Shown here piece by piece: positions 27,559-37,436 of a stretch of 64,000 nucleotides of DNA; positions within the stretch are counted from its first letter, which is position 1; each line of letters begins with the position of its first letter. The position numbers and the translations under genes are program-made. The notes beneath the pieces were generated by a model. It ran no database searches. It was not told where the DNA came from and saw nothing but the letters and a program-made list of their open reading frames with translations. The stretch comes from Candidatus Dojkabacteria bacterium (GTDB lineage: Bacteria; Patescibacteriota; Dojkabacteria; SC72): assembly GCA_050950165.1 (NCBI GenBank), contig JBMNHC010000001.1, forward strand, positions 593,073-657,072, given 5' to 3'.

Positions 27559-28851
27559 TTATTCAGACCATTTAATATCTGCTCCTAATCTCTGAAGATT
27601 TTCAACAAAATGGGGATGAGCTCTTTTAATACTATCAGCATCTCTTATCACACTCTCTCCTTCAATGGTTAATGCTACCATTAGAAGTGCAACTGTTGCC
27701 CTTATTATATTAGGAGCATCTACAGTTGCAGGAGTTAGCTTTTTATTACCAAACACTATTACTCTGTGAGGATCACACATTACAATATGTGCTCCAAACT
27801 TTATCATCTCAGGAATCCAGAAGAGTCCTCCTTCATATATTTTGTTCCAGAACATAATATTACCCTCAGATTTGACAGCAAGTGCTAGCATGAGAGGAAG
27901 AAGGTCTGCAGGAAAGTATGGCCAAGGAGCAGCCTCTACTTTTTGAAGGAGATTTGATGTGTATGGATTAACTATTTTAAGAGGATTATTACTCTCTATA
28001 TATGCAGTATCATTGTCATATTTAACTAAGACTCCAAACTTTGCAAAAGTTTTATTTATTAATGGAAAATGATTTGGAATTGCATTATTAACCCTTACAT
28101 CTCCTCCAGTCATTGCACCTAGTGCAAGTAAGGTAGTTATCTCATGATGATCAGACGAGACAGTAAACTCAGTACCGTGTAGCCTCTCTACACCCTCTAC
28201 TATTAAAGTAGAAGACCCTATACCCTCTATCTTTGCTCCCATACTAATAAGGAAATTACAGAGATCTTGAACATGAGGCTCAGATGCACTATTTACCATC
28301 TTAGATTTCCCCTCTGCCAGTACTGCAGCCATTAAAAAGTTTTCTGTTGTTGTTACAGACATGTAATCTTGCCAGAGAGAACCTCCTCTTAATCCATCAG
28401 TTGCATCTATCTTTATTCCACTATTAGTAGTTACTTTTGCACCTAACTCTTTTAATACCTCAAGATGTGGGTCAATCTCTCTAATACCTAAAGCACATCC
28501 ACCAATCTCTTCATTTATTTCTAAGACTTTGTGTCTGTGAAGTAGTGGAGCAAGTATTAAAAGTGCACCTCTCATACCTAGAGGGAAACCTTCATCTCCA
28601 AAAGTATCACAGAAATTAGAGTTATCTATACGCACTGTCTGCTTCTCTTTATCCCACTCTATTTTAGAGCCAAGTTCCATCATTAAAGTGACTAACTTTT
28701 CAATATCTGTTAATTCAGGAAAATTATGTATAACTATTGGTTCATTAGTTAAAAGTGTTGCACAAAGTATTGGTAGTGCAGAGTTTTTATTTCCTGCAGG
28801 AGTAATCTCTCCATTTAATTTCTTACCACCTTTTACTATTAAATCTGCCAT
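27559..28851 (-). CDS. murA: UDP-N-acetylglucosamine 1-carboxyvinyltransferase
   Basis: 430 aa. MADLIVKGGKKLNGEITPAGNKNSALPIL is the EPT-family N-terminus. Confidence 0.9.
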   Translation of the reverse strand: MADLIVKGGKKLNGEITPAGNKNSALPILCATLLTNEPIVIHNFPELTDIEKLVTLMMELGSKIEWDKEKQTVRIDNSNFCDTFGDEGFPLGMRGALLILAPLLHRHKVLEINEEIGGCALGIREIDPHLEVLKELGAKVTTNSGIKIDATDGLRGGSLWQDYMSVTTTENFLMAAVLAEGKSKMVNSASEPHVQDLCNFLISMGAKIEGIGSSTLIVEGVERLHGTEFTVSSDHHEITTLLALGAMTGGDVRVNNAIPNHFPLINKTFAKFGVLVKYDNDTAYIESNNPLKIVNPYTSNLLQKVEAAPWPYFPADLLPLMLALAVKSEGNIMFWNKIYEGGLFWIPEMIKFGAHIVMCDPHRVIVFGNKKLTPATVDAPNIIRATVALLMVALTIEGESVIRDADSIKRAHPHFVENLQRLGADIKWSE

Positions 28852-28858
28852 ATTAATT

Positions 28859-29881
28859 TTAAAAAATATTAATTTCAGGCTCTAAGTAGAGACCTGTATG
28901 CTCTTTGAAATTGTCTTGCATTTTAAGTATAAAAGCAAGAATCTCTTTGCCACTAGCTCCTCCATAGTTTGTAACGATTAAGGGATGATATATCCATGTA
29001 CCAACATTTCTTTCTCTTCTGTTTTTCCACCCCAATTTATCTAAGATATATGCAGTAGGTATCTTAACAATATCTTTCTGTTCAGTTTCAAATGATGGTA
29101 ATCCAACAAACTTCTGCTCTAACTCTTTGTACTTATTGATATCTACTAACAGATTCTTAAATGTACTACCACAAGATCCATACTCTTCTATTGGAGGCAA
29201 TTTCTCTTTTCTAATATCTCTAACAATCTGCAAGAGAGAATTAAGATCTACTTCTCTATCACCTATCTTTTCTTTTATCCCTGCATACTCTATATATCTG
29301 TCATCCAATATACCTTTGTACTTTTTTAGTTTAAGTATTACTTGGGTAATGACTACTTTATCTTTAAGTTCGTTTTTAAAAACACTATCCCTATATCCAA
29401 AATGACATTCCTCATTTGTTAGAATCTGCTCTTTACCATCTTCTAAGTTATATATCTTTACTCCCTCTATATATTCTTTAATCTCTACTCCATATGCCCC
29501 TATATTTTGTATTGGAGAACTACCTACATTACCAGGAATATCTATTAGATTTTGCAAACCTAAAAGATTTGCTTTTGTACTCCACAATACTAAGTCATTC
29601 CAATCTACTCCTGCATTAACCTTAACTACAGTCTCTTCACTATCCTCTTGCTCTATTTCAATACCAGTATTTCTCAAAAGAAAGATTGTACCTTCGAAGT
29701 CTTTAGTAAAGAGAGTATTTGAGCCTCTTCCTAAAAAGAGAATATTAGTATCTTTAAGGTATGGAGTAATATCTGAGGAGAGAAGATCTCTACTATCCTC
29801 TATCGTAATGAGTCTGTTAGCTATCACATCAACATGAAAAGTGTTATATTTTTTAAGAGAAACTCCCTTCTGTATTTTCAT
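28859..29881 (-). CDS. murB: UDP-N-acetylenolpyruvoylglucosamine reductase
   Basis: 340 aa. An FAD-binding domain (FLGRGSNTLF) is followed by the MurB C-terminal domain. Confidence 0.85.
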   Translation of the reverse strand: MKIQKGVSLKKYNTFHVDVIANRLITIEDSRDLLSSDITPYLKDTNILFLGRGSNTLFTKDFEGTIFLLRNTGIEIEQEDSEETVVKVNAGVDWNDLVLWSTKANLLGLQNLIDIPGNVGSSPIQNIGAYGVEIKEYIEGVKIYNLEDGKEQILTNEECHFGYRDSVFKNELKDKVVITQVILKLKKYKGILDDRYIEYAGIKEKIGDREVDLNSLLQIVRDIRKEKLPPIEEYGSCGSTFKNLLVDINKYKELEQKFVGLPSFETEQKDIVKIPTAYILDKLGWKNRRERNVGTWIYHPLIVTNYGGASGKEILAFILKMQDNFKEHTGLYLEPEINIF

Positions 29882-29891
29882 ACATATTTAT

Positions 29892-31076
29892 TTAAAAACT
29901 ATTCAATATATCTTGAACTATTGTAGAGCTAGCATTAGTAGGAAAGAGTTCTTCTAGTTTCTTATATGATATCTCTCTTAGTGCAAGTTGTTCTTCAAAC
30001 CTTTCTAACTCATATGAGAGGTTAACCTCATCTAGATATTTCTCCTCTAGTATCTTGGCAGTACCTATATTTTCTAATACTTTTGCATTTAAATACTGCT
30101 CATTGTGTGTAACCCAAGGTATTGGGATAAAGAGAGCATTCTTTTTTAGTACCCCTATTTCATACACAGTATTTGCTCCAGATCTTCCCAAAAACATATC
30201 CATATTATTCAATACATACCCTATGGTATCTCTATCAATATATTCAATGGGAAGGAAGCTATTTCTTTTGTTTTCTTCTAAATTCTTGTGTATCTCTTTT
30301 GCTAAATTGTAATCCTCTGATTGTTTCTGTTTTCCTGTTTGAAGTAAAACAGTATATCTTTCTAACAGAGAGTCTAGATCAGAGAGTACCTTTTTATTAA
30401 TCTTATGTGAGCCTAAACTACCTCCAGAGATGTAAAGTAGAGGCTTCTTCCTATTCTCTACAAGAGAGAGAACCTCTCTGTTTGTATTAGGGGTAGGTTC
30501 CTTTCTTAGAATCTCTCTCCTTATTATATTCCCTACATGTACAGTCTTTCTCTTATTAAAATATCTCTCTGAATCTTTAAAAGCGATGTATATCTTTTTA
30601 GCTACTTTACTCACTATTTTATTCGAAAGACCAACTGCAGTTGTTTGTTCATGAAGAAAGATTGGAATATTTCTAAGCCATGCTACTATACAGATTGGTA
30701 CTGATACAAAACCTCCTGTAGAGATAACTATCGAAGGTTTCTCTTTTCTAAGTATCCTGTTTGCATCTAGAAATCCAAGTACAACTCTAAGAAGAGGTTT
30801 AACTGATCTAAGAGAGAATCTCCTTTGTAATTTACCTGCTCTAATGAAGAGGACTTTAAAATCCTTTCCAACCATCTCTCGTTGCTCAATGGAGTTACCG
30901 TATGCATCTCCCTCCATCCCTAAATCTCCTCCAACATATGTAATATTCTCTTTTGGAAATCTGTACTCGTGAATTAAACACTCTATTAGAGTATTAGCAC
31001 TAAAGAGATGCCCACCACTTCCTCCACCTGTAATTAATATTTTTTTACTGTTCATTCTTTCTAAATCTACTAACAT
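29892..31076 (-). CDS. murG: Undecaprenyldiphospho-muramoylpentapeptide beta-N-acetylglucosaminyltransferase
   Basis: 394 aa, GT28 family, with ILITGGGSGGHLFSA. Confidence 0.85.
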   Translation of the reverse strand: MLVDLERMNSKKILITGGGSGGHLFSANTLIECLIHEYRFPKENITYVGGDLGMEGDAYGNSIEQREMVGKDFKVLFIRAGKLQRRFSLRSVKPLLRVVLGFLDANRILRKEKPSIVISTGGFVSVPICIVAWLRNIPIFLHEQTTAVGLSNKIVSKVAKKIYIAFKDSERYFNKRKTVHVGNIIRREILRKEPTPNTNREVLSLVENRKKPLLYISGGSLGSHKINKKVLSDLDSLLERYTVLLQTGKQKQSEDYNLAKEIHKNLEENKRNSFLPIEYIDRDTIGYVLNNMDMFLGRSGANTVYEIGVLKKNALFIPIPWVTHNEQYLNAKVLENIGTAKILEEKYLDEVNLSYELERFEEQLALREISYKKLEELFPTNASSTIVQDILNSF

Positions 31077-32232
31077 TTAGAAGTAATCCGAATGCCATCA
31101 TTACCACTATTGTACTAGAACCGCCGTATGTTAGGAATGGTAGTGGAATTCCTGAAAGAGGGAGTAATCCTACATTGCCTGCCATATTAAAAAAAGCTTG
31201 GCATGTTAACCATATGGTTATTCCTGTTGCAAGTAGTTGCCCTTCCCTATCTATTGCATTCTTTGCAATCCTAAATCCTCTCCAGAGAAAAAAGATCCAA
31301 GAGAATATTAATATTGCTCCTCCCCAAAGTCCTAACTCTTCTAGAATTACAGCGAAGATGGAATCTGTAAATGCTGTATTTTCTACTAGATATCCAAATC
31401 GTTGCCTAGATTGACCAAAACCTTTACCCCACAAACCTCCCGATCCTATCCCTATCAATATCTGTTGCATCTGATATCCACTAGCTTTAATGTCAGTTAC
31501 CTCTCCTGTTAACATCAAATTAAGAAATGTTTGTATTCTACTTAGTCTGTACGGCTCTAATATTGCAGCTAGTATACCAAGGGGTAGTAGTAAGAAAAGA
31601 ATACCAATTGAGCCTACAGTATGTGCTCTGTCTTGTCCTGATACAAAGAACATTCCAAATGCAGTAACAAAGATAATCATGGTAGTTCCTAAATCAGGCT
31701 CTAGAAGGATGAGAAATGCAACACTACCTAATATTGCAAGAAACCCTAGTAGATTTTTAGCAAAGCCTTTTTTTAGAGAATCTTCAAATTTAGAATATTG
31801 ATGCTTCTGTTTTGCTAACCAACTGGAAAGGTAAAGAATAATTACTATCTTTGCAAATTCTGCTGGTTGTATTTGTGGAAGCTCCCCTATCTGAAACCAT
31901 CTTTTTGATCCATTAATATCTTCTCCAAATGCTAATACCAGAATTAATAGTACAATGATTCCTATTAACGCAGGTAGAGATAGTTTTAATAGTTTTCTGT
32001 AATCAATCCAGTAAAGTATAAAGGCGGGGATAGTTCCAAGAAGTATCCATAGTAGTTGTAATTTAAGAAAATGAAATTGATCATTAAATGCTTGATTAGC
32101 TTGATATACACTAGCGTCATATATCATGATGGCTCCAAAGATAGCCATTATGAAAAGGAAAATCAGAATGGATCTGTCTGGTTTTCGTAATGAGTTTTTT
32201 GTTGATCTTTTTTTTACTGTTTTCCTCGACAT
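31045..32232 (-). CDS. ftsW: SEDS-family peptidoglycan glycosyltransferase (FtsW/RodA)
   Basis: 395 aa with about 10 TM helices and SEDS conserved blocks. It is adjacent to murG. Confidence 0.85.
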   Translation of the reverse strand: MSRKTVKKRSTKNSLRKPDRSILIFLFIMAIFGAIMIYDASVYQANQAFNDQFHFLKLQLLWILLGTIPAFILYWIDYRKLLKLSLPALIGIIVLLILVLAFGEDINGSKRWFQIGELPQIQPAEFAKIVIILYLSSWLAKQKHQYSKFEDSLKKGFAKNLLGFLAILGSVAFLILLEPDLGTTMIIFVTAFGMFFVSGQDRAHTVGSIGILFLLLPLGILAAILEPYRLSRIQTFLNLMLTGEVTDIKASGYQMQQILIGIGSGGLWGKGFGQSRQRFGYLVENTAFTDSIFAVILEELGLWGGAILIFSWIFFLWRGFRIAKNAIDREGQLLATGITIWLTCQAFFNMAGNVGLLPLSGIPLPFLTYGGSSTIVVMMAFGLLLNVSRFRKNEQ

Positions 32233-32264
32233 TGTACGTGTACTAATATACTATATATTGTAGT

Positions 32265-32864
32265 ATGAAACAAAAGAAAGAAAAACTTCTTCTTGTAGTT
32301 GGTGGACCAGGTAGTTCTGGTAGTTCTACAATATCTAAGATGTTAGCTAAGCATTTTGGATTACCTCGAATATATGCAGGTGATCTTTTTAGAAAGAGAG
32401 CTAGGCAACAAGATATTGATTCATTTGAAGAGTTTTTACAGGAGATCTCTCATGGTGGAAATAGCTTGGATTTAGAGATAGATAAGTTGCTTTTTGAGTA
32501 TGCTAAGGAGGGTAATGTGTTAATAGAGAGTAAGATATTTGGAGCATTAGCAAAGCGAGAGGTAATAGATTGTACTGCAACCATATGGCTTGATAGTGAT
32601 TTAGATACTAGAGTTAAAAGGAGATTACAGAAAGAGGGGATAAAGGGTATTAGGGCTTTCTTTAAAAAATCTAGAATTAGAAGAGATTTAAAGAAGAGAT
32701 ATGTGATAGATAAGGAGAAGTATACTAGATTGTATAATATTAGATATGACGCTCCCTATCTTTACTATGATATTGTACTAGATACCTCTAAGTTAAATGA
32801 AGAGGAGACATTTAATTTAATTTTGAGGGAATTAGAGAATGGACGATATATTACAAAACAGTAG
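32265..32864 (+). CDS. P-loop NMP kinase, archaeal-type cytidylate kinase-like
   Basis: 199 aa. GGPGSSGSSTISKMLAKHFGLPRIYAGDLFR matches the short-form CMP kinase architecture. Confidence 0.55.
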   Translation: MKQKKEKLLLVVGGPGSSGSSTISKMLAKHFGLPRIYAGDLFRKRARQQDIDSFEEFLQEISHGGNSLDLEIDKLLFEYAKEGNVLIESKIFGALAKREVIDCTATIWLDSDLDTRVKRRLQKEGIKGIRAFFKKSRIRRDLKKRYVIDKEKYTRLYNIRYDAPYLYYDIVLDTSKLNEEETFNLILRELENGRYITKQ

Positions 32865-33084
32865 TGGGGTACAAAGTGGTACTGGTGATCCTACAGAACA
32901 TGTAGATCCTAATCCTACAGATACTGTAGTTATGGATGATGAGTATAATCCTGAAGATTTAGATGATCGTTGGTTAAGATGGAAATGTCTTAGCTGTGGT
33001 TATCTATATGAGGGTGTAAAGGAACTTAAGAAGTGTCCTAGATGTGGTAATGAAAACCCTGATCTATTTGAAGATGCCGCCTAG
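32839..33084 (+). CDS. Small acidic zinc-ribbon protein (CxxC-N16-CxxC)
   Basis: 81 aa. WKCLSCGYLYEG...KKCPRCGNENP is rubredoxin-like. It overlaps the preceding gene by 26 nt, so its reality is uncertain. Confidence 0.4.
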   Translation: MDDILQNSSGVQSGTGDPTEHVDPNPTDTVVMDDEYNPEDLDDRWLRWKCLSCGYLYEGVKELKKCPRCGNENPDLFEDAA

Positions 33085-33122
33085 CCCAGCTAACCTATAA
33101 TATTCAAGTGGAAATGATAGAG

Positions 33123-33206
33123 TGCCGAGAGGGGGAATCGAACCCCCACTCTATTGCTAGAACGGGATTTTAAGTCCCGCGCGTCTGCCTATTCCGCCAT
33201 CTCGGC
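33123..33206 (-). tRNA. tRNA-Leu (anticodon UAA)
   Basis: Manual fold: acceptor GCCGAGA/TCTCGGC, anticodon stem-loop cggga-cuUAAaa-ucccg, a long variable arm and T-loop GGTTCGATTCC. No CCA is encoded. Confidence 0.85.
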
Positions 33207-33260
33207 CTAAGAACTAATTATATCCTATTTTGCCCCACTACACTATAAGTTAGCGGGGTG

Positions 33261-33333
33261 AGGTGACGACGGGAGTCGAACCCGTGATAGCGGTTTTGCA
33301 GACCGCGGCCTTAACCAACTTGGCTACGTCACC
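33261..33333 (-). tRNA. tRNA-Cys (anticodon GCA)
   Basis: Manual fold: acceptor GGTGACG/CGTCACC, anticodon loop cuGCAaa and T-loop GGTTCGACTCC. It is 73 nt long. Confidence 0.85.
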
Positions 33334-33336
33334 TTA

Positions 33337-34758
33337 CTATGCAATTATATCCTTTACTTTTGATATCTCCAAGATGGTATTTTGAGATTTATTTTTGATA
33401 GAACTGCCACTAATAATAGCAATTTTATCTTCTAAATCCAATTCCCCGTATGAATAAACAGTTTCTGTACAGCGAGATACGACCTTATCTCTATCTGTAG
33501 GAAATTTTTCTAGGTAGTAACTTTTTACTCCTCTAAGTAAAGAACTCTGTCTTATCTGTTTAATACTGTCTGTTATTTCCCAAATAGGGATATTTAGTCT
33601 ATGTCGTGAGAGACTTCTAACAGTTTTCCCAGTATTAGAGATAACAATTATACCCTTTAGATTAATCTTCTCACTTATATCGAATAAAGATCGACAAAGT
33701 TCATCAGTCTCTATACTAGCGTTTGTGTCTCCTAATATCTTTTGTGGTCTTAGAACATTCTCTACCCTTTGAGCTATCCTATTCATAACTTTAATAGCCT
33801 CCACTGGATATTTACCAGTAGAAGTCTCTGCCGAAAGCATTACAGCATCTGTTCCATCCATGATGGCATTAGCTACATCACTTACCTCTGCCCTTGTTGG
33901 TCTTTGACTCTCTCTCATACTCTCTAACATCTGTGTAGCAACAATTACTGGTTTACCAACACTCCTACATTTAAATACGATCTGTTTCTGAAAGATAGGA
34001 ACCTCTTCTAATGGTATTTCTACTCCCATATCTCCTCTTGCTATCATTACTCCATCTACATAGTTAATAATCTCATCAATATTCTCTAACCCCTCCCTAT
34101 TCTCAATCTTAGCAATCAACTTACAGTCTGTTTTACCCATTGTGTTTCTAATTAACACTACATCATGAATATTTCTAATGAAAGAAGCAGAGATATAGTC
34201 AAAATTATTCTCTACTGCAAACTTAATATCTCCTTTATCTTTTTCACTTAATGCAGGAAACGAAAGTATTGTATCTGGAATATTTACAGTTTTCTTAGGT
34301 TTTAATATTCCACCTCTCTCTACTATACAATGTACCTCCTTATTCCTAATATCTTCGACTCTTAACTCTAAATTACCATCATCTAGTAATATTCTAGAAT
34401 TTCTAGATATATCCTCATGTAAATTAGGATACGTTATTGATATCTGACCCTCTGAAAGAGAAGCTTTTTTCCCTAATACTTCTGGAACAACTACAACTCT
34501 TTCTTTCTCTTTTAGTTCTCTCTCTTTGGAAAAACCTGTCACTCTAATTTTGTGACCCTTTGTATCAAGCATAATTCCTACTCTAGGGGAGAGCTCTCTT
34601 ATCTGCTTAGAGACTCTTTCCAACTCTTCGAAATCTGCAAAGGAGGCATTTATTCTAGCAATATCCATGCCTTCTATAATCATCTCTTTTAGGATTGTAC
34701 TATCCCATGAAGATGGCCCTATTGTGGCAACTATTTTTGTCTTGGTAAATTCTTTCAT
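33337..34758 (-). CDS. pyk: Pyruvate kinase
   Basis: 473 aa. TKIVATIGPSS is the N-terminus, followed by the PK barrel and C-terminal domains. Confidence 0.9.
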   Translation of the reverse strand: MKEFTKTKIVATIGPSSWDSTILKEMIIEGMDIARINASFADFEELERVSKQIRELSPRVGIMLDTKGHKIRVTGFSKERELKEKERVVVVPEVLGKKASLSEGQISITYPNLHEDISRNSRILLDDGNLELRVEDIRNKEVHCIVERGGILKPKKTVNIPDTILSFPALSEKDKGDIKFAVENNFDYISASFIRNIHDVVLIRNTMGKTDCKLIAKIENREGLENIDEIINYVDGVMIARGDMGVEIPLEEVPIFQKQIVFKCRSVGKPVIVATQMLESMRESQRPTRAEVSDVANAIMDGTDAVMLSAETSTGKYPVEAIKVMNRIAQRVENVLRPQKILGDTNASIETDELCRSLFDISEKINLKGIIVISNTGKTVRSLSRHRLNIPIWEITDSIKQIRQSSLLRGVKSYYLEKFPTDRDKVVSRCTETVYSYGELDLEDKIAIISGSSIKNKSQNTILEISKVKDIIA

Positions 34759-34903
34759 ATGAGCAGTTATAGTTAAATATACACGAATTAGACTCTTTAG
34801 AACAAGTAATTTACTATCCTATATTAAATATTTCTACTTCTAGATTGCAAATATTACTTTAATATATGTAGAATGGTAGTTAATAATATTTAGATATGTA
34901 GTA

Positions 34904-35311
34904 ATGGTAAAGTTTATTAAAAACCTTATTCAATTCTTTCTTGTTTCATACTTTGTATTAACTATATTTAGGGGTGTAGAACTTCCTAGTAGTATTATCC
35001 ATACAGCAGTCTCACTCATATCTTTGTCACTAGGTACTATTGTTGCATCTTCTATTATTAAATTCCTTACTATTAAAGAGAATTTCATTACATTCTTTCT
35101 TATGTCCTCTTTACTTTCTGCAGGGATACTGTTTCTTTTAAATACCTTTATGACAGATTTTTATATTAATGAATATACTTTTGAAGGTTTAGAAATGGGG
35201 TCATTGATTGTTAATAGCTTTGAAGTATCCCCCATATTAACTATTGTTTTCTGTGCTATCTCAAGTTCTTTCATTGCTTCTATATTGCGTACTCTTGAGA
35301 AAAGTGCTTAA
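34904..35311 (+). CDS. Hypothetical small membrane protein (4 predicted TM)
   Basis: 135 aa and hydrophobic. No recognisable family. Confidence 0.4.
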   Translation: MVKFIKNLIQFFLVSYFVLTIFRGVELPSSIIHTAVSLISLSLGTIVASSIIKFLTIKENFITFFLMSSLLSAGILFLLNTFMTDFYINEYTFEGLEMGSLIVNSFEVSPILTIVFCAISSSFIASILRTLEKSA

Positions 35312-35329
35312 TATTGTATAATTCTACTC

Positions 35330-35560
35330 ATGAATCCTATATTACAAAATATTCTCTTTTATACTCAAATTGTAGTATGTGTCCTTATAGTAGTTTCTGT
35401 ACTACTTCAGAATAGGGCGGAAGGTTTAGGAAAGATGTTTGGGGGAGGAGGAGAAGTATTTAGAACTAAGAGGGGTTTTGAAAAATTCCTGTACTACTTC
35501 ACTATATTTCTAACCTTAGTTCTTGTTGCTATCTCTTTGGTATTAGTTAAATATTCTTAA
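35330..35560 (+). CDS. secG: Preprotein translocase subunit SecG
   Basis: 76 aa with two TM helices separated by a Gly-rich loop (LQNRAEGLGKMFGGGGEVFRTKRG), the SecG hallmark. Confidence 0.75.
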   Translation: MNPILQNILFYTQIVVCVLIVVSVLLQNRAEGLGKMFGGGGEVFRTKRGFEKFLYYFTIFLTLVLVAISLVLVKYS

Positions 35561-35563
35561 TAG

Positions 35564-37345
35564 ATGGTTAAGAAAGAACAGGACTCTAGTAAAGCTAAGG
35601 GGCAGAAACTTTCTATGAAAGAAGCTTTTGAACTTCTTAAGCCTGCTTCTGTTATTAAAACAGGTGTAGAAAAGAAAGAGCCTATTACCTTTAGAGATTG
35701 GGTTTGGAACTATCCTAAAAACATTTTAACTTTCTTTTCTAAGACTGCTCCACTAAGCTTTATTCTACTGTTCATTCTTTTTGGTGTTGCTATGTTCTCT
35801 ATTCTAAGAAGTGATGCTTTTGCAGATGTATTTAATACTAAAAAAACTTCTGTATTTGTAGAGGGTAGTGTAGGTGCTGTATCTTCTTTTAATCCTCTCT
35901 TTATCTCACAGAGTACGGTGGATAGTGATATACATGCTCTTGTTTTTGAGAAGTTTATAGATATTTCTAAAGAAGGTTTACCTGTTGGGAATATAGCGGA
36001 GAGTTGGAATGTATCAAGTAATGGAAAGATATATGAGTTTACAATATCTCTAAAGCATAAATGGCAGGATGGTGAAGATTTAACTTTAGATGATGTAATA
36101 TTTACTTTTGAAACAGCTAAGACACTATCTAAGAGTCATGGATATGATACAGTAGGATCGGCTCTTTTAGATGTAGAGATAGAGAAGTTATCAAAGGAAA
36201 AAATTAGATTTGTACTACCAGAAAGTAATGGAACTTTCTTTGAGGTTGTATCTACATATATTGTTCCTAAGCATATATTAGGAGAGGTGCCTATCAATGA
36301 TATACCTTTTAACTCTTTTGCAAGATATCCTATCGGTTCTGGTCCATATATGGTGACGCGATCAGAGCCTAATGTTGTGTATCTTAAGGCTTCTGATTAC
36401 TATACAGTTAAACCTAAGATAGATACGATAATATATAGGTTGTATTCTGATGATAGTGGTTTAGAAGCTGCATTCAGAAATGGAGTTTTAGATGGTATTG
36501 GGGGAGTAAATATTGATGCTATGTCTTTTGTTTCAGAGTATCCCAACTATGTAGAGCACGAGGTTACTCTCTATCCTAGAATTAGAATGATATTTTTTAA
36601 TACTAGGAAGGAGAAGTTAGAAAACAAGGATATTAGAATTGGACTTAGTCATTTGGTGGATAAGGAAGAGCTTCTTAGAAGAGCAAAAATATCCGGATTA
36701 GTTGCATATAGTCCTGTTTCTCCTACCTCTTGGGCATACAATAGTGATGTAGTTAAGTATGAATATGATGTAGCAAAAGCTAGTGAGCATTTTAAAAAGA
36801 TTGGGTTTGTAAAGAATGAAAACAGTGGGTACTTTGAGAGTGAGGATAGGAAGATATTGAGTTTTACTCTTAGTTATTTTAATAATGATTTTAACTCCAA
36901 ATTAGCAGAGGAGTTTAAGGAGTTACTTAGAGAGCAAGGGGTTGTTATCAATTTAGAGCCTTTAACATATACACAGTTAACTCAAGAGATTGTAGCTACT
37001 AGAGACTTTGAACTATTAATGTATGAATTTGCAACAACCATAGATCCAGATCAGTACAATATGTGGCACTCTCTAAAGAGTAACTATCCAGATCTTAACC
37101 TCTCTGGGTATGGATATGAGAGGGTTGATATTTTACTGGAAGAAGCAAGAAGAAGTATTGATCAAAAATCTAGAAAAGAGAAATATATACTCTTCCAAAA
37201 ATACTTAACACAAGATGTCCCTGCTCTCTTTCTCTATCATCCTAATTACAGATATGTTGTAAGAGAGGGTATAGATATTGGGGATATTAGCGATATACTC
37301 TATCCATATCAGAGATTTGAGGATGTAGCATATTGGGATAAATAG
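35564..37345 (+). CDS. ABC transporter substrate-binding protein, family 5 (peptide/nickel type), N-terminally membrane-anchored
   Basis: 593 aa with an N-terminal TM. It has SBP_bac_5-like architecture. The next gene, secG-adjacent, is not a permease, so this is an orphan SBP. Confidence 0.75.
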   Translation: MVKKEQDSSKAKGQKLSMKEAFELLKPASVIKTGVEKKEPITFRDWVWNYPKNILTFFSKTAPLSFILLFILFGVAMFSILRSDAFADVFNTKKTSVFVEGSVGAVSSFNPLFISQSTVDSDIHALVFEKFIDISKEGLPVGNIAESWNVSSNGKIYEFTISLKHKWQDGEDLTLDDVIFTFETAKTLSKSHGYDTVGSALLDVEIEKLSKEKIRFVLPESNGTFFEVVSTYIVPKHILGEVPINDIPFNSFARYPIGSGPYMVTRSEPNVVYLKASDYYTVKPKIDTIIYRLYSDDSGLEAAFRNGVLDGIGGVNIDAMSFVSEYPNYVEHEVTLYPRIRMIFFNTRKEKLENKDIRIGLSHLVDKEELLRRAKISGLVAYSPVSPTSWAYNSDVVKYEYDVAKASEHFKKIGFVKNENSGYFESEDRKILSFTLSYFNNDFNSKLAEEFKELLREQGVVINLEPLTYTQLTQEIVATRDFELLMYEFATTIDPDQYNMWHSLKSNYPDLNLSGYGYERVDILLEEARRSIDQKSRKEKYILFQKYLTQDVPALFLYHPNYRYVVREGIDIGDISDILYPYQRFEDVAYWDK

Positions 37346-37348
37346 ACT

Positions 37349-37431
37349 TGCCAGAAGGGGGAGTTGAACCCCCACCCAACTGCTTGGACTACGTTCTGAA
37401 CGTAGCGTGTCTGCCATTCCACCATTCTGGC
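37349..37431 (-). tRNA. tRNA-Leu (anticodon CAG)
   Basis: Manual fold: acceptor GCCAGAA/TTCTGGC, anticodon stem-loop cuacg-uuCAGaa-cguag, a long variable arm and T-loop GGTTCAACTCC. Confidence 0.85.
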
Positions 37432-37436
37432 CAATA

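Noticed and set aside
32839-33084. Whether the 81-aa zinc-ribbon ORF is a real gene or an out-of-frame artefact of the cmk-like 3' end
   Set aside because: Not fully rejected. It is kept as a low-confidence CDS because CxxC-N16-CxxC is intact and the acidic N-terminus is coding-like, but the 26-nt overlap and lack of a recognisable family leave it uncertain.
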